A stretch of DNA of 60,241 nucleotides, counting the filler. It is 7 parts of 7 records of this genome, joined end to end, with 100 filler letters (N's around TTAATTAATTAA, not from the genome) between each part and the next. Parts side by side here need not be neighbours in the genome. Positions count along the whole stretch, not along the records: positions 1 to 6,139 come from SRR31156797_13606; positions 6,240 to 15,463 come from SRR31156797_13613; 5 more parts are not named here. One strand, 5' to 3'. Below the pieces are notes generated by a model. That model did not search any database. It was not told the DNA's origin and worked only from the letters and a program-made list of their open reading frames with translations. Of this stretch, positions 1 to 8,396 are shown one piece after another. The translations under genes were made by a program, and so were the position numbers. The stretch's first letter is position 1, and every line of letters starts with the position of its first letter.

Positions 1-2171
1 AAATCAAGGTTTAATTTACCACTATCTATCTCTCTTCCCACAAACTTTCCAGAGTATGGAGTGAAGTTTTTGATAGCAATATTTTTAAATAAAATAGTTG
101 TATCAGTTAAAAGTTTTATATCATTTATATCTACTGTTCCTGTGATTTTTGTATAACCATATTTATCTACTTTTCCTTCAAGTTGAAGTTTTGTTGGTTT
201 TGAAGAACTTGAGTGAAGTCTTGAAAAGTCTCCATGTAGTTTTGATATATTTGTTTTAAATGGTATTGGTAGGTTTTTATCTTGGAATACCATTTGAGCA
301 TTTTTGATTTTAACTGGACCAATATCAAACGAGAAGTTGCTTTTCTCTTTTTTAGCAACTGTTTTTTTAGCTACTTTCTTTTTCTCTTCTTCTTTTTTCT
401 TAGCTTGTTTTCCTAGTGTAACTGCTATGAAAGGTTTGTTTATAGAAGATGAGACAATCTTTAATTCATTGTTATTATGCGTTATTTTATTTACTAATAG
501 ATTGATATCTTTTGCTTGAATATCAGTTTTTGCTTTGTTATCTTTAAAGCTAAAGCTTGGTTCATTTACTTTTACATTGTCAACTGTAACTTTAGCACCT
601 GTTTTTTTGATTTTATTTACATCAATAAGAAGTTTGTTTATTGAAATCTTTTTATCTGTTTTTTTATCATCTATTAAAATAGTTGGTCTATTTAAACTTA
701 CTTTTGATATCTCTACATCTTGGTTTTTGTTTTTCACTTCATTGATATTTATATCAAAGTTTTTTGTAGTGATATAAGTTTTTGATTTCTTGTCAGCTAC
801 TTTTATCTCTTGTGATTTTAAATCAAGATAGCCTATTTGATTGTTTATTGTATCTGTAGAGATGTTTCTTACTAGAAAGCTATTGTTTAGAGTGCTTACT
901 TCAAGTTTGTTTTTTGTATCTTTAAAATCTAAACTGTTTTTTAAAGAAAGTTCTTCTAGTGTAATATCTTTGTTGTTAACTTTTAAACTTTTCCCTTGAA
1001 GGTTTATATCTTTTATCATAGTTGAAAGTAAAGCTTTTTGGTCATCAAATAATACTTTTGTATTGTTTATATTTATGTTAGCTAGGTTTACTTTCCATGG
1101 CTTAGAAGTTTCAGTTTGTGCATTTGTTTCTTCTTCTTTTTTTGAAGTTTTCTCTTCTTTGATATTTACAAGTTTTGTAAGATTTATAACTTCTTTTTTA
1201 TCTTTGATAATCTTTGTGTTTAGTTGCTCTAAAGTAAAAGCTTGAATATCTAAACTATTTTCTGGGTAGTTAAGATTTAAGTCTTGTATTTTAAGGGCTT
1301 TTAAATATACAGTTGAGTGTTTGTTTTGCATGATATTTAGGTTTGTAAGTGCAAAGTCTAGGTTATTTATTTTTATATCTAACTCTTTTTTTGTATCTAC
1401 GTTATATCCAAAAGCTAAATCAATATTTGTCTCATCTGTTAGTTTGAAGTTAAATAACTCTTCTTTATATGGTAAAAACTCACTTGGTCTAAGACTTGAA
1501 AGTTTTACATTTCCATACATATGGAAAGGATGAACTCTAAGTCCACCATTTATGTCTAGTCTTGTGTGTTTGTTTATCAAAATATCTAAACTATGTGAAG
1601 CTAAGATATTTCTAAAAGTCCCCATATCATAGAATGTATAGTTAAACTCTTTGATATTTACTACAAAAGGTTTTTTATCTTTTTGTAGTTTTGTGAACTT
1701 GATTTTAGCTTTTTGAATAGCTGTTTTGTAAATCTGAAACTTGATTGGCTCTGTTGATTCGCTTGCTTGAGTCTCTTCTTTTGAAGTAGTTTCTTCACTT
1801 GGTTTAACTAGTTTTTCTAGGTTGAAACTTTTATCTTCATTTTCAATAACATGAATATAAGGATTAACTAACTGTAAATCTTGGAAGGCTAAGTGTCTTT
1901 CACTAATAGTTCTAAAAAGATTGAAATCAATAGTCAATGAATCAATAGAAAATGTCGTTTCTTCCTTATCTTGGATTTTTAGGTTTTCCAGTGATACCGT
2001 AAGTAAAAACGGATTGAAAGATACTTTTTCTAAGCTTGCTTTTTGTGTAATATTTGCATTTATATTATCTATAATAATAGGTTTAACTATTTTTGGAACA
2101 GCAACAAAACCTAAGATTGAGTAGATGATTAATATAGATGATAGTATTAAAGCTAATTTATTTTTTTTCAT
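1..2171 (-). CDS. DUF748/AsmA-like domain protein, 3'-truncated by window edge (absent from ORF track)
   Basis: ATG at 2171 reads MKKNKLALILSSILIIYSILGFVAVPKIVKP...KVSFNPFLLTVSL; at the window edge the same frame reads PYSGKFVGREIDSGKLNLD. Both are typical of DUF748 proteins; the middle was only spot-checked. Confidence 0.8.
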   Translation of the reverse strand, partial: MKKNKLALILSSILIIYSILGFVAVPKIVKPIIIDNINANITQKASLEKVSFNPFLLTVSLENLKIQDKEETTFSIDSLTIDFNLFRTISERHLAFQDLQLVNPYIHVIENEDKSFNLEKLVKPSEETTSKEETQASESTEPIKFQIYKTAIQKAKIKFTKLQKDKKPFVVNIKEFNYTFYDMGTFRNILASHSLDILINKHTRLDINGGLRVHPFHMYGNVKLSSLRPSEFLPYKEELFNFKLTDETNIDLAFGYNVDTKKELDIKINNLDFALTNLNIMQNKHSTVYLKALKIQDLNLNYPENSLDIQAFTLEQLNTKIIKDKKEVINLTKLVNIKEEKTSKKEEETNAQTETSKPWKVNLANININNTKVLFDDQKALLSTMIKDINLQGKSLKVNNKDITLEELSLKNSLDFKDTKNKLEVSTLNNSFLVRNISTDTINNQIGYLDLKSQEIKVADKKSKTYITTKNFDININEVKNKNQDVEISKVSLNRPTILIDDKKTDKKISINKLLIDVNKIKKTGAKVTVDNVKVNEPSFSFKDNKAKTDIQAKDINLLVNKITHNNNELKIVSSSINKPFIAVTLGKQAKKKEEEKKKVAKKTVAKKEKSNFSFDIGPVKIKNAQMVFQDKNLPIPFKTNISKLHGDFSRLHSSSSKPTKLQLEGKVDKYGYTKITGTVDINDIKLLTDTTILFKNIAIKNFTPYSGKFVGREIDSGKLNLD

Positions 2172-2246
2172 GGCATAGCCTTTTTATGTATTCAATATTA
2201 TTATAACTAAATATTAGCTACAATCCGTTTACAATAAAGGAACAAA

Positions 2247-3347
2247 ATGACAGTTATAGAATTATTTCAAAAATTATTAAGGTTTAAATCTGTTACTCCT
2301 GATGATGATGGAGCATTTGATTTTATAGAAGAGTATTTAGGTGAGGAATGGACTTGCATAAATATCGATAGAGAAGACACAAAAAATAGATTTTACTATA
2401 AAAAGTTTAATGAAAATCCACAGCACCTATGTTTTGCAGGACATATTGATGTAGTACCTCCAGGTGAGGGGTGGGATGTTGACCCATTTGCAGCTGATAT
2501 CATAGATGGTGTGATAACAGCAAGGGGAACTCAAGATATGAAAAGTGGTGATGCTGCTTTTTTATATGCCTGTAAACATGCACAAAACTTTGATGGAACA
2601 CTTTCTATTTTAATGACAAGCGATGAAGAAGGTGAGGGAACGTATGGAACTATCAAAGCCTTAGAACACTTAAAAGAGATTGATTTTATACCTCAATATG
2701 CAGTTGTAGCAGAACCAACTTGTGAAGATGTATTTGGTGATGCAATCAAAGTAGGAAGAAGAGGAAGTATCAATGGATATATCACTATCAAAGGAAAGCA
2801 AGGTCATGCTGCATATCCTGAAAAGTGTATAAACCCAGTACATAACTTTGCCCATGTACTTCCTAAAATAGCTGGTCATAATCTTGATGATGGAGATGAG
2901 TATTTTGCTCCTAGTAAAATGGTTATCACTGATATAAGAGGTGGTATGCAAGTTACAAACGTAACTCCCAATGAGTTAAAACTTATGTTTAATGTAAGAA
3001 ACTCAACAAATACTACAAGAGAATCAGTAGAAGAGTTTATCCATAAAAATCTTGAAGGTTTAGAGTATGACTTTAGAACTACACAAGGCTCTTTTCCTTT
3101 TGTTACAAACAAAGAATCAAAAGTGGTAAAAGCTATGGAAACTTCAATCCAAAAAGTACTTGGAGTAACTACAAAACACTCAACTGCTGGTGGAACTTCT
3201 GATGCTAGATATTTTGGAGCATTTGGAATAGAAGCTATTGAGTTTGGTGTTATCAATGATACTATCCACTCTGTAGGTGAGAGAACAACAGTTAAAGAAG
3301 TAGAAGGTTTAACTGATGTTTATGTGGATTTGATTAAGAATTTTTAA
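2247..3347 (+). CDS. dapE: Succinyl-diaminopimelate desuccinylase (M20 family)
   Basis: FAGHIDVVP, RGTQDMK, TSDEEG, GRRGS, QGHAAYP, GGTSDAR motifs. Confidence 0.93.
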   Translation: MTVIELFQKLLRFKSVTPDDDGAFDFIEEYLGEEWTCINIDREDTKNRFYYKKFNENPQHLCFAGHIDVVPPGEGWDVDPFAADIIDGVITARGTQDMKSGDAAFLYACKHAQNFDGTLSILMTSDEEGEGTYGTIKALEHLKEIDFIPQYAVVAEPTCEDVFGDAIKVGRRGSINGYITIKGKQGHAAYPEKCINPVHNFAHVLPKIAGHNLDDGDEYFAPSKMVITDIRGGMQVTNVTPNELKLMFNVRNSTNTTRESVEEFIHKNLEGLEYDFRTTQGSFPFVTNKESKVVKAMETSIQKVLGVTTKHSTAGGTSDARYFGAFGIEAIEFGVINDTIHSVGERTTVKEVEGLTDVYVDLIKNF

Positions 3348-3348
3348 T

Positions 3349-3376
3349 TAAAAGATGAAGAAAACTTCATCTTTTA
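3349..3376. terminator. Bidirectional hairpin terminator between dapE and the convergent small-peptide gene
   Basis: TAAAAGATGAAG-AAAA-CTTCATCTTTTA, perfect 12-bp stem. Confidence 0.75.
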
Positions 3377-3463
3377 TATACTTGGAATATACTCTGCTAC
3401 ATCAACAATTAGTTTAACTGCCTCTACAATAATACTTAGATTTTCTAAAATCTTTTGCACCAT
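3374..3463 (-). CDS. 29-aa amphipathic peptide MVQKILENLSIIVEAVKLIVDVAEYIPSI (candidate type I toxin)
   Basis: SD AAAGGA 8 nt before the ATG; own promoter at 3606-3634; stop abuts a terminator; below the ORF-track cutoff. Confidence 0.65.
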   Translation of the reverse strand: MVQKILENLSIIVEAVKLIVDVAEYIPSI

Positions 3464-3490
3464 AATAATATATCCTTTCTTTTAAATTTA

Positions 3491-3519
3491 TAGACAAAAA
3501 AGAATACTTTAGGTATAAT
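3491..3519 (+). promoter_or_regulatory. sigma70-type promoter for the candidate antisense sRNA
   Basis: TAGACA (3491-3496), 17-nt spacer, TATAAT (3514-3519). Confidence 0.7.
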
Positions 3520-3525
3520 CCTTAA

Positions 3526-3592
3526 AAGTACTTTTCGAATTATTCGTAAGTAAAAGGTAGAGTGTATGCCAGTACACTTTGCCTTTTTTTTT
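3526..3592 (+). ncRNA. Candidate ~65-nt two-hairpin sRNA antisense to the 5' UTR of the 29-aa peptide mRNA
   Basis: Follows the promoter; hairpin TACTT..CGAA-TTA-TTCG..AAGTA, then terminator AGGTAGAGTGTA-TGCCAG-TACACTTTGCCT plus T-run; G-U pairs favour the + strand. Confidence 0.6.
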
Positions 3593-3605
3593 GACTATTT
3601 TAAGA

Positions 3606-3634
3606 AGTATACAAAAAAAATTAAAACAAGTCAA
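3606..3634 (-). promoter_or_regulatory. sigma70-type promoter for the small-peptide mRNA
   Basis: Minus strand TTGACT (3634-3629), 17-nt spacer, TATACT (3611-3606). Confidence 0.65.
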
Positions 3635-3872
3635 TAATATTTGAGTATTTTTGTAACACCATTTTATAATTATGTTTATTTTTGTAGTTTTTAATTGACA
3701 AAACAATAAAAAAATAGTAATGAATAGCTTTGTGTATAGTCTTATTTATAAGAGATTAAAATGGTATTTTTAAAAGAAAAAGAGCAAAGGCTTTTAGAAG
3801 AGAAGAGCTCTTCACAGGCTAGAAAATCTGTTCAAAATACAATAAATTTCGCAAAAGAGTAGCAAAATAAAT

Positions 3873-4682
3873 ATGAATAAACTTATGTCAGAAAACTTTT
3901 CTTTTTTTACTTATATACAAAAAGAGCCACAACACAAAAATGAAATTATTCTTTCTTCAAATAGTTTGATTTTAGTAACTAAGGGGACCAAGATATTGCA
4001 TTTAGAAAATGAAAATATCAATGTGGATGAAAATCATTTTTTATTTTTAAAAAGTGGTTCATATCTTATGAGCGAAGTTTTAGATGAGTATTATGAAGCG
4101 ATGATTTTCAATTATGATGATTCTGTATTGTTAGAGTTTATCTCTAAATATAATATCACTTTCCCAAAAGAGCTTATAGAAGAAGTAAATATTTTAAAGT
4201 TAAAGAAAACAGCAGAGTTAAAAATACTTATTGATTCAACTTGTGACTATATGAGAAATACAGCAATACAAAATGACCAACTAATAAAACTAAAACTAGA
4301 AGAGGCTTTTTTAAATATTTTGAATAGTTCTCTTGCAAAAGAGTTTAAAGGTTTTTTATACTCTATTTATAAAAACAACTCTTTCAAAATACTTCTTGAA
4401 AAACACTTCTCTTATGAGGATAATATCTTAGATTTAGCAGATGAATTAAAAATGACTCCATTAGCTTTTAGGCAGAAGTTTAAAGAGGTTTATAATACAA
4501 CTCCTAAAAAATGGCAAGTTCTAAAAAGACTAGAAAAAGCAAAAGTACTTTTAGAAAATACATCTAAAAATGTAAGTGAAGTTTGTATTGAATGTGGCTT
4601 TGATAACTTATCATGGTTTATACAAGCTTTCAAAAAACAATATAACCTAACTCCAAAACAAATAAAAAACAACAAAAATTAG
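3873..4682 (+). CDS. AraC-family transcriptional regulator
   Basis: C-terminal double HTH: RLEKAKVLLE...VSEVCIECGFDNLSWFIQAFKKQYNLTP. Confidence 0.92.
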   Translation: MNKLMSENFSFFTYIQKEPQHKNEIILSSNSLILVTKGTKILHLENENINVDENHFLFLKSGSYLMSEVLDEYYEAMIFNYDDSVLLEFISKYNITFPKELIEEVNILKLKKTAELKILIDSTCDYMRNTAIQNDQLIKLKLEEAFLNILNSSLAKEFKGFLYSIYKNNSFKILLEKHFSYEDNILDLADELKMTPLAFRQKFKEVYNTTPKKWQVLKRLEKAKVLLENTSKNVSEVCIECGFDNLSWFIQAFKKQYNLTPKQIKNNKN

Positions 4683-4752
4683 AGTTTTTCTAATATCTTA
4701 AATTTTTATTTTCTTTTATAATCTCTTATCTTTAAAATATAAAAGGAAATAT

Positions 4753-5277
4753 ATGAGAAAAATATTGTTTGCTATAACTTTTATAGCTCTTAGTCTATTT
4801 GCAGAAAACTTTACTTTAAAAAGTAGTTCTTTAAAAGGACAACTAACAAAAGCTCAAGAGTTTAATGGTTTTGGTTGTAGTGGTGAAAATATTTCACCTG
4901 ACTTGTCTTGGGAAAATGCTCCAAAAGAAACAAAATCTTTTGCTGTTACAGTTTATGACCCAGATGCTCCTACTGGTTCTGGTTGGTGGCATTGGGTAGT
5001 ATTTGATATTCCAAAAGATAAACTTAGTTTAGAAAAAGGCTTTGGTTCTAAAGAAGATAAAGAGATAATTCAAAGTGTTACAAACTATGGTAAAACTGGT
5101 TTTGGTGGAGCTTGTCCTCCCAAAGGTGATAAAGCACATAGATATATTTTTACAGTATATGCTTTAGATACTGATAAACTAGGTTTAGACAAAAATACAA
5201 ACCCTGCAATTGTAGGTTACTATTTAAATACTCATGCTCTAGCTAAAGCCTCTTTAATCTCTTACTATAAAAAATAA
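4753..5277 (+). CDS. YbhB/YbcL family (PEBP, Raf-kinase-inhibitor-like) exported protein
   Basis: Signal peptide; GFGCSGENISP, YDPDAPTGSGWWHW, GACPPKGD..HRY motifs. Confidence 0.92.
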   Translation: MRKILFAITFIALSLFAENFTLKSSSLKGQLTKAQEFNGFGCSGENISPDLSWENAPKETKSFAVTVYDPDAPTGSGWWHWVVFDIPKDKLSLEKGFGSKEDKEIIQSVTNYGKTGFGGACPPKGDKAHRYIFTVYALDTDKLGLDKNTNPAIVGYYLNTHALAKASLISYYKK

Positions 5278-5304
5278 TACATTGCCTTTTGGCAATGTAT
5301 TTTA
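5276..5304 (+). terminator. Intrinsic terminator
   Basis: AATACATTGCC-TTTT-GGCAATGTATT hairpin directly after the stop codon. Confidence 0.7.
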
Positions 5305-5381
5305 TCTTTTCCTTACCTTCTCAAATTGCTTTTATTTTCTTTTGATAATATAATAAATATAAATAAAAAAGAAAGAGACAA

Positions 5382-5828
5382 ATGAAAGTAAAATATTTAG
5401 AAAAATTTTATGTAGCAGGTATTACAACAAGAACAAACAATGAAAAAGAACTAAACGAAGAAACTGCACAGATTCCAGCCTTATGGGATAAATATGCAGA
5501 AGAAAACATAGAAGGTAAAACTTTCAATAAAGCAAAATCTATGGCTATGTATGGAGTTTATAACAAATATGAAAGTGATGTAAACTCTGATTATGATTAT
5601 ACTATTGCTGTAGAAGTTACAAAACCTAAAAATGCTATCACTATAGAAAAAGATAAATATTTAGTATTTACAAAAAATGGAGAGTTTCCTGAAGTAGTAA
5701 TTGAAGCTTGGAAAGATGTTTGGGATTACTTTGCATCAGAAGCTTGCGAGTATGAAAGAGCATACAATTATGATTTTGAAAAGTATGCAAAAGAAGATGA
5801 GATAGAGATTTATATCTCTATAAAATAA
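5382..5828 (+). CDS. GyrI-like/effector-binding domain protein
   Basis: GITTRTNN..E, IPALW, YGVYNKYESD, ERAYNYDFEKY pattern. Confidence 0.82.
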   Translation: MKVKYLEKFYVAGITTRTNNEKELNEETAQIPALWDKYAEENIEGKTFNKAKSMAMYGVYNKYESDVNSDYDYTIAVEVTKPKNAITIEKDKYLVFTKNGEFPEVVIEAWKDVWDYFASEACEYERAYNYDFEKYAKEDEIEIYISIK

Positions 5829-5836
5829 GGAACTAG

Positions 5837-6139
5837 ATGAAAACTATAGGACTACTTGGTGGAATGAGCTGGGAAAGTACAGCTTTATACTACAAACAAA
5901 TCAACGAAGAAGTTAAAAAACAACTTGGTGGATTACATAGTGCTAAAGTAGTCATCTATAGTGTAGATTTTGATGAGATAGAAAAACTTCAACACGAGGG
6001 TAAGTGGGATGAAACTGCAAAGATATTAAGCGAAGCTGCTAAAAATATCCAAAATGCAAGTGCCGACTTTCTAGTTATATGTACAAACACTATGCACAAA
6101 GTAGCTCCTACTATACAAGAGAATATTGATATTCCTATT
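5837..6139 (+). CDS. Aspartate/glutamate racemase family protein (YgeA/RacX-like), truncated by contig end
   Basis: MKTIGLLGGMSWEST, ICTNTMH motifs. Confidence 0.9.
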
Positions 6140-6239
6140 NNNNNNNNNNNNNNNNNNNNNNNNNNNNNNNNNNNNNNNNNNNNTTAATTAATTAANNNNN
6201 NNNNNNNNNNNNNNNNNNNNNNNNNNNNNNNNNNNNNNN
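6140..6239. other. Artificial contig linker; identical ones at 15464-15563, 26456-26555, 36655-36754, 47460-47559, 53033-53132
   Basis: 44 N + TTAATTAATTAA (stops in all six frames) + 44 N; genes are cut at every linker and composition shifts across several. Confidence 0.98.
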
Positions 6240-6491
6240 TGCTTCGATCATCGCTAATGCAATGAACATTGTAGTCATAAGTTTTCCACCCATTCCTGGA
6301 TTTCTTGCAGTTCCTGCAATTGTAGCAGCAGCAGTGTTACCCATACCGATAGCACCACCAAGTGCAGCAAGACCAAGTCCGATACCTGCAGCAACTACAG
6401 AGTAAGCTTGGATCATAGATTGACCAGCAGCAGCGTCAGATGCAAATGCAGCAGAAGCAAGAGCTACCATTAAGAATAAAATCTTTTTCAT
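6240..6491 (-). CDS. atpE: F0F1 ATP synthase subunit c, 3'-truncated
   Basis: GLAALGGAIGMG, ARNP loop, conserved ion-binding Glu (MIEA); N-terminal signal-like extension. Confidence 0.93.
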
Positions 6492-6516
6492 GTGTTTTCC
6501 TTAAAAAATATTGTTT

Positions 6517-6618
6517 TTTAAAAGTCCGTTCGGCTAACGTAAACAATCAATAGATTGCCAACAAGGATATAAATACCACTTGTTTCCCTACTTAACACTT
6601 TTAAACGGAAGTATTATA
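6517..6618 (-). promoter_or_regulatory. atpE promoter (-10 TATAAT at 6618-6613) and structured 5' leader
   Basis: Closing stem TTTAAAAGT/ACTTTTAAA with inner hairpins AACAAG..CTTGTT and GGCAATC-TATT-GATTGTT. Confidence 0.5.
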
Positions 6619-6675
6619 GTAAAAAAAGTTTTAAAATCCCCTTGAACTTATACTATTCATCAAAAAGATGAAAAT

Positions 6676-6777
6676 TTAGTGATGAGCTTTTTTATTAAAA
6701 TGTTTAAAAGTATCATATACTACATATATAATAGTTCCTATTACAATAGTGCTACCTAATATAAATATACTTTCCAT
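6676..6777 (-). CDS. 33-aa single-TM peptide MESIFILGSTIVIGTIIYVVYDTFKHFNKKAHH
   Basis: GAGGAG SD; TAATG stop/start overlap with the upstream frame; hydrophobic N-half, basic tail. Confidence 0.6.
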   Translation of the reverse strand: MESIFILGSTIVIGTIIYVVYDTFKHFNKKAHH

Positions 6778-6931
6778 TATAACTCCTCTAATTCATCCAT
6801 TTTTCTATATGCAAGTTTATTCACAATAATTATAATTCCAGAAATAACAATTATTGCAAATAAATTCATATAAATCTTAATTTCATCAATATTAACATCA
6901 TCATAATTATAGTTTTTTCACTTTTACTTAT
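6777..6931 (-). pseudogene. Degraded relative of the 7096-7350 small membrane protein
   Basis: Begins ATA-AGT-AAA-AGT-GAA-AAA ([M]SKSEK vs MSKKEK); after a frame change ends NLFAIIVISGIIIIVNKLAYRKMDELEEL* (cf. KLDDLEKED*). Confidence 0.5.
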
Positions 6932-6998
6932 AGATTCTCTTATACCATAAAATTTTATGAAAAATTAAAAGAGTACCTGACCCTATACTTTATGTGGT

Positions 6999-7094
6999 CT
7001 ATATTTTTCTCCAACCAATGGCATCTCCTTTTGCAACCCAAATAAGAACTCCAAAAGCAGCAGCGACAATGATAAGTGCTAAGATTTCAATCAT
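6999..7094 (-). CDS. 31-aa single-TM peptide MIEILALIIVAAAFGVLIWVAKGDAIGWRKI
   Basis: AAGGAGG SD within the upstream gene's last codons; ATG 1 nt after the upstream stop. Confidence 0.65.
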   Translation of the reverse strand: MIEILALIIVAAAFGVLIWVAKGDAIGWRKI

Positions 7095-7095
7095 C

Positions 7096-7350
7096 TTAAT
7101 CCTCCTTTTCTAAGTCATCAAGTTTTTCTTCTATATCTGACTCGATTTTTTTATAATATAAAGCTACCCAAATAGAAGTGATAAGTCCAAATGTAGCAAC
7201 AAATAACAAATATATTGGTCTTTCTCCACTAATAATTGTATAAACTAAAATCACAATAGCAGAAATAAGTGCAAAAAGTACATTAAACCAATCTTTTCGC
7301 TTCTCTCTTAATATATCTATTTCTCTTAGTAACTTTTCTTTTTTACTCAT
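7096..7350 (-). CDS. 84-aa two-TM small membrane protein, apparently leaderless
   Basis: Two hydrophobic segments flanked by charged helices; TACAAT 6 nt before the ATG, no SD. Confidence 0.75.
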   Translation of the reverse strand: MSKKEKLLREIDILREKRKDWFNVLFALISAIVILVYTIISGERPIYLLFVATFGLITSIWVALYYKKIESDIEEKLDDLEKED

Positions 7351-7480
7351 ACGAACATTGTATATAAAAACAAATTAAAAAGATATGAAGATAAAAATGT
7401 AAAGAACTTATAATATGTTATCTAAACTATAATTTATTATTTGTGGTACTTTTATTGCAATCCTTACAACCTTTGAAAAA

Positions 7481-8359
7481 TTATTCTAAATGAAATTGTA
7501 TATTTTCTCGTAACTCTTTTAAATAACTCTCATAGGTCATATTCTTTACCACTAAATAGTTCTCTTTTTGAATCGTTTTTAACTCTTTTTTATTTCCTAA
7601 AAGTGCATCTACTTTAAAATAAATACTTCTATCATCGATTCCTAAAATTAGGGAAAAGGAATCAATCAATTCTGAGGCCATATTACTTCTCATTACAAAA
7701 ACTGCATTTTTATAATACATCGCTTTTAAAACATTGGGGGAGAAAAGCTTTTGGCTCGTTGGTTGGATATAGATATCACTAAACATAAATAGCTCATCAT
7801 TACTATATTCTTTTTTTAGATAGAGTACCTTCTCTTCAAGCTTTGCTTTTTTAAGTTTATTATTCAACTGCTCCATTTGATTTTGTTCAATATCAAAAAG
7901 TAAAAGGTAGTTTTGATTTTCAAGATTAATCACGATATCTAAAAACTTATCAATACCACCTAGATCAATATCTTTTGCACTAAAAAGCAATACCTTTGTC
8001 TCTTTTTCTATCTCATGAAACTCTCTAAACTCTTTTTTGAGCTCTTTAGAATAGTCAAGCTTGGCTGAAATATACGGATAAAGGACTTCTATTTTAGAAG
8101 CCTTAAGATAAGTTTTTTTATCTAATATCTGTTCTTTTATCCCTCTTGCATTTACAATAGCAAGTTTTGAATTCTCTACCATCTCTAAAACAGCATTGTT
8201 AACAACACCTTGATGGAAATATATATCTGGGTAACGTTTCTCTTTAAAAAGTAGTTTATCAAAGAGACTTTGCTCTTTATAAAAGCTTATATCATACAAC
8301 TCTTCTAGTGCATTGATAATATTGGTTTTATTTTTGATTGCTATAACTAATTGTTTCAT
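7481..8359 (-). CDS. Divergent GT-B/glycosyltransferase family 4-like protein
   Basis: C-terminal half resembles Glycos_transf_1 (LFMFSDIYIQPT..KLFSPNVLKAMYY). Confidence 0.55.
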   Translation of the reverse strand: MKQLVIAIKNKTNIINALEELYDISFYKEQSLFDKLLFKEKRYPDIYFHQGVVNNAVLEMVENSKLAIVNARGIKEQILDKKTYLKASKIEVLYPYISAKLDYSKELKKEFREFHEIEKETKVLLFSAKDIDLGGIDKFLDIVINLENQNYLLLFDIEQNQMEQLNNKLKKAKLEEKVLYLKKEYSNDELFMFSDIYIQPTSQKLFSPNVLKAMYYKNAVFVMRSNMASELIDSFSLILGIDDRSIYFKVDALLGNKKELKTIQKENYLVVKNMTYESYLKELRENIQFHLE

Positions 8360-8396
8360 CTTGAAATTATATCAAAAGGAAACTATATCTTATGTA

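Noticed and set aside
167-2124. Short ORF-track entries over 1-2171
   Set aside because: Shadows of the long minus-strand DUF748 gene, which the track missed because it has no stop within the window
6184-6195. Recurrent TTAATTAATTAA motif as a biological repeat
   Set aside because: Always centred in N-runs of fixed length; it is a six-frame-stop linker
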